Assembly (NCBI GenBank): GCA_963728565.1
Contig: CAVSLC010000011.1
Location: 1-64,000 of the forward strand
Direction of reading: 5' to 3'
Length of the DNA: 64,000 bases
Origin: an uncultured delta proteobacterium
Lineage (GTDB): Bacteria > Desulfobacterota > Binatia > UBA9968
A program made the position numbers and the translations under genes. Numbering within the stretch: position 1 is the stretch's first letter; the number at the start of each line of letters is the position of its first letter. Positions 42,967-52,540 of this stretch are shown one piece after another. The notes under the pieces were generated by a model. It was not told the origin of the DNA. It ran no database searches and was given only the letters and a program-made list of their open reading frames with translations.

Positions 42967-43388
42967 TCGCGCGACTCGCACAGCCGCCCGCGGCTGGCGC
43001 GTAACCCACATTACGGTGCGAGATTTTCCCGGATGCTTACGGCCGGTCCGGCCGATAAGGAAAACTAATGGCAGCCATTTGAAAAAAATATTGGCTAAGT
43101 TGCTGAGCTTTATTATAGAAGCTCCTATTGGCCATTGGCATAGATTTCCCTTGCTTATTCGGAACAAACAGATGCCACGAAATGAACCACTGCCGGTAAG
43201 CCGCTGACGATACTGACATGGCCGGCTCGGTCCCGGCAGCCTGCACTGGGGAGGTAAGCCTGGACAGAGCATCCAAGGGCTACGAGGTGAAGATGCAAAG
43301 ATCGCAGGCGGGCAAATTCCCGCCACACCAACTTTCTTATTGGCTCGGTAGATCTCTACCCGCAACCGGTCGCTTTGAAGGAGCAGTT

Positions 43389-44722
43389 ATGCAGAAACGT
43401 ATTAAAGTGTTGTTTTGGCTGTGCGCTTCCCTAGTTGTTCTGGGAACTTCGTCAGCATTGGCGCAGCCCACGCCGATGATGAAGCAGTTCTGCAGTTCCC
43501 CGGTGGAGGTCAGGGTCTCTACTGGGCGCCAAGCAGCGGTTCGATTTCTCACATTGCATTTCTAGCTATACACAGAACGGGCGATTACCTTGCGCACGTC
43601 TCCACGCAAGAGTTGCCGCGCCGCGGCTTCAGTGTTCTCGGTATGAACTCACGGTTCAAAAATAACGAGGCAGACGTTGAGTGGGAACTCATCGCTTTAG
43701 ATGTACGGGCTGGAGTCCGGTTTCTGCGACAGCAACCGGGCATTACGAGGGTGATACTCATCGGGCATAGCGACGGCGGACCGACTACGTCGTATTATCA
43801 GGCGGTTGCGGAAAACGGCCCGGCTTATTGTCAAGGTGCGAACAAACTCAGCCCTTGTTCTGATCAGCAGTTAGCTGGTTTCACGGCGGCTGATAGAGCT
43901 GACGGGATAGTCTTTTTAGACGCGCATCCCAGCAACACGATCACCACGTTGCGAGCGCTGAATGGTGCTGTTCAGAACGAGAAAAACCCCAAGAACCTCA
44001 GGGACAACCTGGATCCCTTCAGCGAAAAAAATGGCTTTAATCCCAACGGGGACTCGGTCTATTCGAGCAATTTTGTGGATCGATACTCCCGGGCACAGTC
44101 GCGCCGGATGAACGACCTGATCAAGCAAGCGCTCGACATAAAACAGGATATCGAGGCTGACAAACACTTCCCAAGCAGATGACGACGCTTTCATCTTTTA
44201 CCGTAATAAAGCGCGGCTTTCAAATTTCAGTACCGGCGTCCATGGGAGTACTGTCAATCCTGCCGACCTGCTAAAGAACGACGGCACAATTGAATCAGGT
44301 AAGATCGTCAAAACTGTACGTGCCCCCGACCCCAGCCGGCGCGAAGCAGACGCGAGCTTTGGCGGAATCGCATTTTCGACGATAACTGCCTTCCTGAGCG
44401 CCAATGCAATTCTCAGCACGCACTCTTTAAATGAAACTGAAATAGATTGGTGCAGCAGCGACAATTCCGTTCCATGCGCCGTTCGGAGCATTTCGGTACC
44501 ATCCTGGTCGTTGCAATGCAGGGTCACTACTTCATTCGGGATGGCGAGTACATCTATGAAACATCAGCCAGCGATGACAAAGAATTTATCGTACTCGAGG
44601 GAGCAAATCACGGGCTGGGACCCTGCGCTCCTTGTGCCGCGCTGCACAACAACGCCGACTACAGTAATGCCCGAATCAATTTATTCAATCATATAAGAGA
44701 TTGGGTAGGCGAGAGCTTCTAA
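43389..44722 (+). CDS. Secreted alpha/beta-hydrolase-fold protein (about 3 frameshifts)
   Basis: Signal MQKRIKVLFWLCASLVV; LIGHSDGG nucleophile elbow; FLDAHP; EGANHG..PC. Pieces lie in different frames. Confidence 0.7.
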
Positions 44723-45558
44723 AAAGACTCCGTTCTGTCTAAGGCGGTGAGGGCCGGCGTTCAAAAGCGCTGGTCATCATGTGTGGCGGAGGATTGAGCC
44801 TCGGGTCAACCGGAGCAGGAACCCCAGCAAGCTAGGTTGAATTTGGCGTCCCCTGTTATTGACCGGTCCGCCGCCGCATGATTTCCAACTTTCATACCTC
44901 TTATACTTTGAGGCGCACTCTAGCGCTTCGTTTCAGCCACCTCTTCTCCGGAGAACACATGCGGCTGTACAGGGAAGGTTGAGCTTGAGTTCCAAAGCTT
45001 CCAACCGAGCTATATGGGCAAAACGCGCTTGCTTGGACGTTATCTCCGCGGTCTGCATCTGAGACGGTCCAACTCGGCAACCTTCGGCCGCAGCTCGCCA
45101 TCTCTGCATCCTTCTCTTTCAGCTCTGCAGTCCGTTTTTCCAGCTTGGATGGCGATTATTATGGAGGTTTACCTGCTCGCTTGTCTCCATCGACTATTTT
45201 CTTAGTCCCATGCTCGATCACATTGGCTGTGTAGCGATCGATATTGTCGGGATCGAGGCCGCGGCTGGATTGTTCAGTTGCGGCGGTCGCTCTGGTGTAC
45301 GGGCCTTTCAAGAATTGCCGAGCTATCCTAGCCGATTCCGAGCAGATACTCGCGTATTGAGGCAGGAATGGGTTTCCTTTGGCGAAAGAGAAGATAAAGT
45401 TATCCGATGAAGTGAAAGCTACGAAGTCGAACCGGGCGGACAGCTGTTCATAAGGTTTTAACATGAAGTGATAATGGATTGGCCATTCACCCGCTGAAGG
45501 CCAGAATACTGCGCGCGATCGCAACACGTGATCGCGCTGATGAAAGGAAAACTTCACG

Positions 45559-47241
45559 ATGAGCAACGGCGCGCGACGCCCATCAATTGATGACCTCTGG
45601 TACAAGAACGCGATCATCTACTGTCTCGATGTCGAAAAATATGTCGACTCAAACGGCGACGGTATTGGAGACTTCGGCGGTCTGACACGGCGGCTGGACT
45701 ATCTCGCCGGCATGGGCATTACCTGCGTCTGGCTCCAGCCGTTTTATCCGTCACCGAATCGCGACAATGGTTACGACGTTAGCGATTACTACGGAGTGCA
45801 CCCAAAGCACGGCACGCTTGGCGAGTTCGTCGAGTTTATGAATCACGCGCAGCAGATCGGCTTACGGGTGATCGTCGATCTGGTGATTAATCACACGTCG
45901 AACCGTCATCCCTGGTTTGAATCCGCGCGCAAGGATCCAGCTTCGCCTTACCGGAACTGGTATGTCTGGTCGAAGACGCGACCGCCTGAGTGGAATAAAG
46001 GGATGGTGTTTCCGGGCGTGCAGAAAGCGACGTGGACCCGTGATCCGGTCGCAGACGAGTACTACTTCCACCGTTTCTACGAATTTCAGCCAGACCTGAA
46101 CACGTTAAATCCCGCCGTGCAACGCGAAATGATGCGCATCATGGGTTTTTGGCTGCAGCTTGGCGTCTCCGGCTTCCGGATGGACGCCGTTCCATTCATG
46201 ATCGAGCAGAAAGGCGCGGGGGTTACGCCGCGGAAGGATTATGAGATGCTCCATCTGCTGCGAAATTTTCTGCAGTGGCGCCGGCGCGATGCGATTTTCC
46301 TTGCTGAAGCGAACGTGCCGCCCAATGAGAGCATGGACTACTTCGGTGAGAACGGCGAGCGCATTCAAATGATGCTGAACTTCGCCGTCAATCAGCGACT
46401 GTTTTACGCGCTGGCGACAGGGGACATCAAACCGCTGGTCCGATCGCTGGAAGCTACTTACAACCGGCCGCCCGCCGCGCAATGGGTGAACTTCCTTCGC
46501 AGCCATGATGAGCTCGATCTCGGCCGGCTGACCGACACGCAACGCGAGCGAGTGTTCCAGGCCTTCGCGCCGGCAAAGGAGATGCAGCTTTACAATCGCG
46601 GCATCCGGCGCCGCCTTGCGCCGATGCTCGACAACGATCGCCGCAAGCTCGAACTGGCATTTAGCCTGGTGTTTACCTTGCCCGGGACACCGATGCTGCA
46701 GTTCGGCGACGAGATTGGGCTTGGCGATGATCTGTCTCTTCCAGAACGTGAGTGCGCTCGAACGCCGATGCAGTGGTCCAGCGACCCGCACGGCGGCTTT
46801 ACGACCGGGAAGCGGCCGGTGTTACCGGTGATCTCGGACCCGATCTATGGCTATCAACGAGTCAATGTCGAAGCGCAGCGTCGCGATCCGCATTCAATGC
46901 TTAACTGGATGGAACGCAAGATTCGGATGCGGCGGGAGTGTCCGGAGATTAGCTGGGGTGATTGGAAAATTCTCAAGACCGACCAGCCCGGTGTGCTCGT
47001 CATGCGCTACGAGTGGGACGACCACACGCTGGTCACCTTGCACAACTTCACCGGCAAACCGCGCGCCGTCGTGCTCGACCGCGGAGCCGTTGGCGGTGAT
47101 ACCGGCACCGGCGAACTTGTCGATCTACTTGCGACCAACGACAGCCGCGCCGACGACAACGGCCGTTACATCGTCGAGCTGCAGCCCTACGACTATAGAT
47201 GGCTCCGCGCCGGAGGCATCGATCGCAATGTGCCGAGATGA
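45559..47241 (+). CDS. treS: GH13 trehalose synthase (TreS)-like alpha-amylase family protein
   Basis: WYKNAIIY, DSNGDGIGDF, YFHRFYEFQPDLN, GFRMDAVP, LAEAN, FLRSHDEL, RGIRRRLAPML. Confidence 0.8.
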   Translation: MSNGARRPSIDDLWYKNAIIYCLDVEKYVDSNGDGIGDFGGLTRRLDYLAGMGITCVWLQPFYPSPNRDNGYDVSDYYGVHPKHGTLGEFVEFMNHAQQIGLRVIVDLVINHTSNRHPWFESARKDPASPYRNWYVWSKTRPPEWNKGMVFPGVQKATWTRDPVADEYYFHRFYEFQPDLNTLNPAVQREMMRIMGFWLQLGVSGFRMDAVPFMIEQKGAGVTPRKDYEMLHLLRNFLQWRRRDAIFLAEANVPPNESMDYFGENGERIQMMLNFAVNQRLFYALATGDIKPLVRSLEATYNRPPAAQWVNFLRSHDELDLGRLTDTQRERVFQAFAPAKEMQLYNRGIRRRLAPMLDNDRRKLELAFSLVFTLPGTPMLQFGDEIGLGDDLSLPERECARTPMQWSSDPHGGFTTGKRPVLPVISDPIYGYQRVNVEAQRRDPHSMLNWMERKIRMRRECPEISWGDWKILKTDQPGVLVMRYEWDDHTLVTLHNFTGKPRAVVLDRGAVGGDTGTGELVDLLATNDSRADDNGRYIVELQPYDYRWLRAGGIDRNVPR

Positions 47242-47561
47242 GAGTTCAGCTGTTGCATCATCAAATCGCTCCACACACCGGATTACGTTTGGCTACCGAG
47301 TTCAATGTGAATAGAGCAACCGCATTCACTGATTTTCAATTGCACGATTTTACCGAGATGAGCGGGCTAAGACGTCCCTTATGAAATAAATGAGAACAGC
47401 GTTCCAGCTGCACGGCGATACACCATCCGCCTATCTGATGCCGATTACTTAGTTAGGCGCATAAACTAAGCGCCGGGCTGGCGCGCAGCGGCGACACTTC
47501 CGCAGGCGCGCGAGTATGACTGCGCTCCCTGTAAGCTGCACGCGCCCTGAAAGGGACGTTC

Positions 47562-48557
47562 TCACGTCGCTTCGCCGGCCAGGGAGAAATCGAAGATTTT
47601 CTCCATGGCTATCGGTTCCTTTATCCGCAGGGCTTCCCTGCCGATATCGATGATCTCCTTGGCCGCATCCGCACTCAGCGTGCCCTTGGAGAGGATAAAT
47701 GGCGCATCATCATCGTACATTCTCTTCGCCATTGATGCGTCTTTGACGCCGAGCCGTTTTTGAATGTAGGGAATCATGAGCTCCGGGTTGTCCTGGTAAA
47801 ATTTTAGCGCCCTATTCCACGCGCTCAGAAAGCGCGTCAACCGTTCGCGCTTCTGCTTTATGTGTAAGTCGGTGGCGACGACGCCGGTTTGCAGGTAACG
47901 CATGTAGTCGCGGCCGCGGCCGAACACCTTGAACCCTTGGTCCAAGGCGAGATAAGTCGACGGCGGCGTCATCATGGCGCCCGCGACTTTACCGGTCAGT
48001 AGCGATTGCAGCCGCGCCGGCGTATCCATGCTCAACAGCGTGACATCTTTTTGTGCATCAAGACCTTTTGCCTGCAAGATGCGCCGAGTCATGATAGCGG
48101 CAGTGCCCTCTAACGAACCGACAGCAATCGATTTTCCTTTGAGCTCTGTCGGTGAAGCAGATGAGCCGATGACAAGTTCATGAATCGGCCGATCGCGCGT
48201 CACCGAAATAATTTTTAACGGCAAACCGCGCAATGCCGCGGAAAAGCCGCTACCTGCATGACAGGTGACGTCAATCTCACCGGACATGAGACTGCTGACG
48301 CCGACAATGCCGCGCACCACCAGGATCTGCAGGTCCAGGCCGTCCCGCGAGAAAAATCCTTTTTCTTGTCCGTAATAAAGTGGAACATAGCTCAAAGTCG
48401 GCCCCGGGATACTGATATAAAAGGTCTCCGCGGCCGGCGCTTTCAGCGCTACGAGCGGAAGGAAAAGAAGAATGAAAAAAGCCGCTCGCTTCAAAACGCG
48501 ATGACAAAGTCGTAGCGCTGAAGAGCTCTTGCCGTAGGACACGACTGGTGGATACAT
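47562..48557 (-). CDS. NMT1/THI5-like ABC substrate-binding protein
   Basis: PLYYGQEKGFFSRDGLD, ELKGKSIAVGS, IFDFSL. Confidence 0.85.
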   Translation of the reverse strand: MYPPVVSYGKSSSALRLCHRVLKRAAFFILLFLPLVALKAPAAETFYISIPGPTLSYVPLYYGQEKGFFSRDGLDLQILVVRGIVGVSSLMSGEIDVTCHAGSGFSAALRGLPLKIISVTRDRPIHELVIGSSASPTELKGKSIAVGSLEGTAAIMTRRILQAKGLDAQKDVTLLSMDTPARLQSLLTGKVAGAMMTPPSTYLALDQGFKVFGRGRDYMRYLQTGVVATDLHIKQKRERLTRFLSAWNRALKFYQDNPELMIPYIQKRLGVKDASMAKRMYDDDAPFILSKGTLSADAAKEIIDIGREALRIKEPIAMEKIFDFSLAGEAT

Positions 48558-49039
48558 GCCTCTCTCCTCCCTATCTCTTGGTTTCTATCTCTTGGTTTCT
48601 AACCCGCCGGACAATAACACGGACGTCTGCTCGAGTAGTAGCCGCGCCATTAGGTCCGTAGGCAGATGAGAAGCGTTAATGAGATGAATCGCAGATAAGC
48701 AAATTCCCAGCGAAGACCGTTTTTGATCAACTACTGCCGGAAGCCGTAATAATCAGTCTAAAGCAGACCATCAACTCTCTACTGTGGCGCTTTAGAAAAG
48801 ATTTCGGCTCACCGGCGAGAACTCGCTGAAAAGTCGAGATGGGACTCTGGTATTTAGATCCCGACACCGCGGGAAGCGCTGCTTCGCTGTATCAGTTCTG
48901 AATACCCTGTCCGAGTTTCGGCACAAAATCAGCTTCTCGCCCAATCCGCGGCAGCGGCGTCTCACTTTGGAGATTTACTTAGATACTCTGAAACGAAAAA
49001 TCATCGCTGGATCAGCGGGATTATCAACCAAGCTCCATG

Positions 49040-49054
49040 TGGCATGGAAGCTGC
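49040..49054 (+). promoter_or_regulatory. Sigma54 -24/-12 promoter candidate (TGGCATGGAAGCTGC)
   Basis: GG-N10-GC spacing, about 85 nt upstream of the small lipoprotein start. Confidence 0.5.
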
Positions 49055-49137
49055 GGTTATTATCGCCAGCGGTTGACTCATGCCGCAGTCAAATCGGTAT
49101 TGGCTGCCGCTAAAAACATCACAGAGGAGGACATCTC

Positions 49138-49302
49138 ATGGTAAGTTTCAAAAAATTAGCAATACCGGTATTTGCGGGTATGCTATCGCTTGGCGGCCTA
49201 GCGGCTTGCGATCGAGAGGGGCCGATGGAGCGAGCCGGGGAAAAAGTCGACAGGTCGGTTGAGCGAGCCGGTGACAAGGTGGAAAGGGCGACGGATAAGT
49301 AG
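49138..49302 (+). CDS. 54-aa small lipoprotein (absent from the ORF track)
   Basis: RBS GAGGAGG; MVSFKKLAIPVFAGMLSLGGLAAC lipobox; repeat ERAGEKVDRSV / ERAGDKVERAT. Confidence 0.85.
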   Translation: MVSFKKLAIPVFAGMLSLGGLAACDREGPMERAGEKVDRSVERAGDKVERATDK

Positions 49303-49317
49303 GACCGCGCGAAGAGA

Positions 49318-49352
49318 CCATCTGTGCGGCGCGAATCGCGGCGCACAGATGG
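49318..49352 (+). terminator. Stem-loop after the lipoprotein gene
   Basis: CCATCTGTGCG...CGCACAGATGG 11-bp stem; no clear U tract. Confidence 0.5.
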
Positions 49353-49377
49353 GTAAGCCTGCGACCCACCGCTGCAA

Positions 49378-49529
49378 CTAGCAGCGTGCTGAAAAGACTC
49401 ATATCTTCGTTACCGCTCAATCGCCTCGCTGCAACGTACTATAAGTACGACCGCGCTCGTCGATTTTCGCGCGTCTTGCATCTGGATCTTTTTGAGCAGC
49501 CTGCAAGAGGTTTTTTTCAGCACCGCTAG
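49378..49529 (-). mobile_element. MITE-like/REP-like element, copy 2 (longest; CTAG at both ends)
   Basis: Reverse complement reads CTAGCGGTGCTGAAAAAAACCTCTTGCAGGCTGCTCAAAAAGATCCAG...GAGTCTTTTCAGCACGCTGCTAG. Confidence 0.75.
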
Positions 49530-50011
49530 GTGCTGATTTCCTCCCTCGGTTCTCTTCCCTGCGTTTCATAGAGCGTTTGATGCCGTCTTTTTAATTGTAG
49601 ATACTTTTTATCCTCTCTGGCCTTCTTCCATTTGTGATAAAACATCTTAGCCGATTGTGCTTTCTCATGGTCTTCTTCATGAGGCAGTAGTTCTCTAGTG
49701 CCCGGGGCGTACTTACGGCCTGACTTATGATTGGCGTACCTTCGTGCCCTGGTGTAACCCATCTGGAGAAATTTGCGCGCCATGTCCATTCCCACGAAGT
49801 CGTCGTCGGCTCGATAGTCAAGAAATATCTGATAGATCCTTCTGGCTGAGTTGCGCGCTTCACGAGCCGTTTTGAATTTCCAGTGAGGCAGTATCTCACT
49901 TTTGTAGGGTTCGACCAGGAGTACTCCCTGCTCGCCCTTACCGATGCAGTAGAGTCCAGGTCGCTTTCTGAAGTCAATTGTGGAGAAATCCAGCGAGTAA
50001 TCGAATTTCGT
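49526..50011 (-). CDS. DUF4385-family protein (apparent ACG start)
   Basis: KFDYSLDF..DFRKRPGLYCIGKGEQGVLLVEPYKSEILPHWKFKT...DFVGMDMARKFLQMGYTRARRYANHKSGRKY. Confidence 0.8.
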   Translation of the reverse strand, partial: TKFDYSLDFSTIDFRKRPGLYCIGKGEQGVLLVEPYKSEILPHWKFKTAREARNSARRIYQIFLDYRADDDFVGMDMARKFLQMGYTRARRYANHKSGRKYAPGTRELLPHEEDHEKAQSAKMFYHKWKKAREDKKYLQLKRRHQTLYETQGREPREEIST

Positions 50012-50092
50012 AGAGCTTGGGATAAATCACCGCGGCTTTGCGCCTTCGCCCCCAGCGGGTCCGAACAGCGTTTGTCAAATGACAATCAACTC

Positions 50093-51085
50093 TTATTGAA
50101 GAAATAGTTTGTGAAATTCTTTACGCTTCTCAGCGTACACCTTCTCACCTAAGTCATCCATTTCGACGAATTGAATCTTGTCCGCATCGGGAACCGGCGG
50201 GTAAATACCCTTGCGGTTTACGAACTCGCCTGCTTTGGCCATGATGCTCATGCTCTCTTCGTCGAGAAAAAAATCGATGAAAGCTTTGGCGGCGTTGGGA
50301 TGCGGGGCCTTGCGCGATAAGGTCAAGTAGCTCGCGTCGCCGAGAAACTTACCCGTTCGCACGTAATCGATGGGCGCTCCTTTGATGCCGTTGAGATAGA
50401 CGTAATAAACGTAAGTTATCCCGATGGGAAACTCTCCTGAGGTGATCCGGTCTGCGGCGGGGTTGAAGGATTCGACAAAGGTCGGCTTCATCGCGGCCAG
50501 CTCGCGAATGAACTTTTCGGACTTCTCTTTACCGATCAGTTTGTGCACATTGGCGAGCCATTGGGCGGTGGTCGTGTGTAGTGTCGGGTCGGCCATAACC
50601 AGTCTGCCACGGTATTGGGGCTTGACAAGATCTTCCACTGTCTTCGGCGCATCGCCGGGTTTGATGATGTTCTTGTTGTAGAGAATGCCGATGATATGGT
50701 TGCGCGCCCGCGGGCCCAACTCGGGATCTATCGCGTCATTGGGGAAATCCTTGCTCATCGGCGAATCGTATTTCGCCAGGATACCTTCCTTGAGCATGAT
50801 CCGGGTCGTGTCCTCGGTAGACATGACGAGGTCGAACAACGCTTTGCCGGCGCGCGCTTCGCTAAGCGCCCGCTCCGTGACCCTGGTCGCCGAAGTGCGC
50901 CAGTAGTCGATGGTAATCCCGGTTTTCTTCTGGAAAGCTTTGTGCAGCAACTCAAAAATATCGGTTTGCATGGTGCCGTAAAGCACCAGCCGGCCATCCT
51001 TCTTGGCGGCCTCGATCAGCTTCGCATCCTGAGCGAAAGCGGTGGTCGCAACGCTCCAGAGAAGCAGCAACGTTATGACTGTCAT
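50093..51085 (-). CDS. ABC-type extracellular solute-binding protein
   Basis: Signal peptide, LIEAAKKDGRLVLYG, APHPNAAKAFIDF. Confidence 0.87.
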   Translation of the reverse strand: MTVITLLLLWSVATTAFAQDAKLIEAAKKDGRLVLYGTMQTDIFELLHKAFQKKTGITIDYWRTSATRVTERALSEARAGKALFDLVMSTEDTTRIMLKEGILAKYDSPMSKDFPNDAIDPELGPRARNHIIGILYNKNIIKPGDAPKTVEDLVKPQYRGRLVMADPTLHTTTAQWLANVHKLIGKEKSEKFIRELAAMKPTFVESFNPAADRITSGEFPIGITYVYYVYLNGIKGAPIDYVRTGKFLGDASYLTLSRKAPHPNAAKAFIDFFLDEESMSIMAKAGEFVNRKGIYPPVPDADKIQFVEMDDLGEKVYAEKRKEFHKLFLQ

Positions 51086-51120
51086 GGTCTCTCCTAGGCA
51101 ATTGATGAAAATTTCTGTAT

Positions 51121-51249
51121 GCAGGCTGCTCAAAAAGATTCAGAGGCTAGGCGCGCGAAGTTCGGTGAGCTGAGGCGTACGCCTCAGTACGTTGAAGCGA
51201 GGCGGGCGAGCGCAACGAAGCATATGAGTCTTTTTCAGCAGCGTGCTAG
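51121..51249 (+). mobile_element. MITE-like/REP-like element, copy 3
   Basis: GCAGGCTGCTCAAAAAGATTCAG...GCGTAC..GTACG...GAGTCTTTTTCAGCAGCGTGCTAG. A degenerate outer end (CTAGGCAATTGATGAAAA) lies at about 51094. Confidence 0.75.
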
Positions 51250-52286
51250 ATGCGGTAAAACTCCTTGGCATTGTCATAAAGAATCTTCTGCTTGGTTGAA
51301 TCGCTTAACTCTGGCCGGGCGAGCAATTCGGGAATGTCTTTAAGGAATTCTCCGTAAACACGCTCGTGCGGATAATCGGACGGAAACATCAGCCGGGCAT
51401 CACCGATTACTTGAGTCACGTAGGCCAGCGAAGTTTCTTCCGGTTCGCAAGTGACATAGACGGCGCAATCCTTCACGTACTCGCTCGGTTTTCTTTTGAT
51501 ATTGGGGAAGGAGCGGCCGCCGCGGGTTTCATATTCGTAATCCAAACGGTCCATCATGTAAGGGAGCCAACCGCAGCCCGCTTCGAGAAAGGCGAGTTTG
51601 AGACGCGGGAATTTTTCCAGTACGCCATCACAGATAATACTGGTGAACTGAATCATCAGTGGAAAAGGGTGTTCAAGAGCGTGGACCTGGCCCTGGTCTT
51701 CGAAGTAATCGAAGCCGTAGCCGCGGCTCGGCGCGCCATGAATTCCCAGCGGCACGCCGAGCTCTTCGGCGGCGCGAAAGATCGGATTGAAATCCGGGTG
51801 GCCGAAGGCCTTGTTCATGACTGTTGCCGACGGTAAGAATGCGCCCACCATATCGAGCTTTTCCACTGCGTGACGCAGTTCTTGAACCGCACCCTGCGGG
51901 GCTTGAACCGGAAGCACAGCGACGCCCTTTAGGCGTGAATCTGATTTACTGTAGCGAGCGTGAAACCAGTTGTTATACGCGCGCGATATCGAACACGCCC
52001 AATTTGGATCTTGCACCAAACCAATGGCGAGCGCCGCCGTTGGATAGAGTACGGTGCTTTCCAGCCCCATGTTCTCGACGAATTGGACAACGTCTTGCGG
52101 CCGGGTTTCGAGCACTTTATCGGGACGTCCGGCGCCCAGACCGCGCGGCCAACCGTCGAGAGATGGGAAAAGGGAATAGGCGCGCGCCCGGCGCGTGCCG
52201 CGATATTTACCTTCGAAATGCTCTTCGATCTCTTCGTGATTTTCGTAGATGTGGCCGTCGGCATCGATGACCTTGGGATGTGTCAT
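51246..52286 (-). CDS. Amidohydrolase_2 family protein
   Basis: IDADGHI, FPRLKLAFLEAGCGW, FPSDYPHE. Confidence 0.9.
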   Translation of the reverse strand: MTHPKVIDADGHIYENHEEIEEHFEGKYRGTRRARAYSLFPSLDGWPRGLGAGRPDKVLETRPQDVVQFVENMGLESTVLYPTAALAIGLVQDPNWACSISRAYNNWFHARYSKSDSRLKGVAVLPVQAPQGAVQELRHAVEKLDMVGAFLPSATVMNKAFGHPDFNPIFRAAEELGVPLGIHGAPSRGYGFDYFEDQGQVHALEHPFPLMIQFTSIICDGVLEKFPRLKLAFLEAGCGWLPYMMDRLDYEYETRGGRSFPNIKRKPSEYVKDCAVYVTCEPEETSLAYVTQVIGDARLMFPSDYPHERVYGEFLKDIPELLARPELSDSTKQKILYDNAKEFYRI

Positions 52287-52395
52287 GACAGTCCTCTCAA
52301 TTCGGATTATCTTGGCTGACCGTAGACTGTGAAAATTGGGGTGTCAAGGAACAGGTGAGCGCCCGTTCAGGGTTTACACCTTGAAGATCGCAGCC

Positions 52396-52424
52396 GTTCA
52401 AAGTTCAAGGTTCAACGGTTCAAG
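52396..52424. repeat. GTTCAA-type micro-repeat x4
   Basis: gttcaaa gttcaag gttcaacg gttcaag. Confidence 0.55.
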
Positions 52425-52540
52425 AAAAAAGGATTCTTGGAGTTTTCGATTTCAAGAAGTACGGTCCGGATGGTAGATCCAAGGTCCGGCCACAATCGAG
52501 ACATCTCTCTTGGCAAACGATCAAGGCCTACTTTTTGTCT

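Noticed and set aside
43140-43330. Possible riboswitch in the leader of the alpha/beta hydrolase
   Set aside because: Small hairpins are present, but no match to cobalamin, c-di-GMP, TPP or other consensus that I can recognise.
48571-48601. 14-bp tandem duplication CTATCTCTTGGTTT x2 as CRISPR or VNTR
   Set aside because: Only two units and no spacers; a simple slippage duplication.
48597-48656. Integron attC-like sequence (TCTAAC...AACACGGACG...ATTAGGT), with similar traces near 39525-39575 and 47400-47460
   Set aside because: The core boxes deviate from RYYYAAC/GTTRRRY, the arms pair poorly, there is no cassette array and no intI. At most these are relics.
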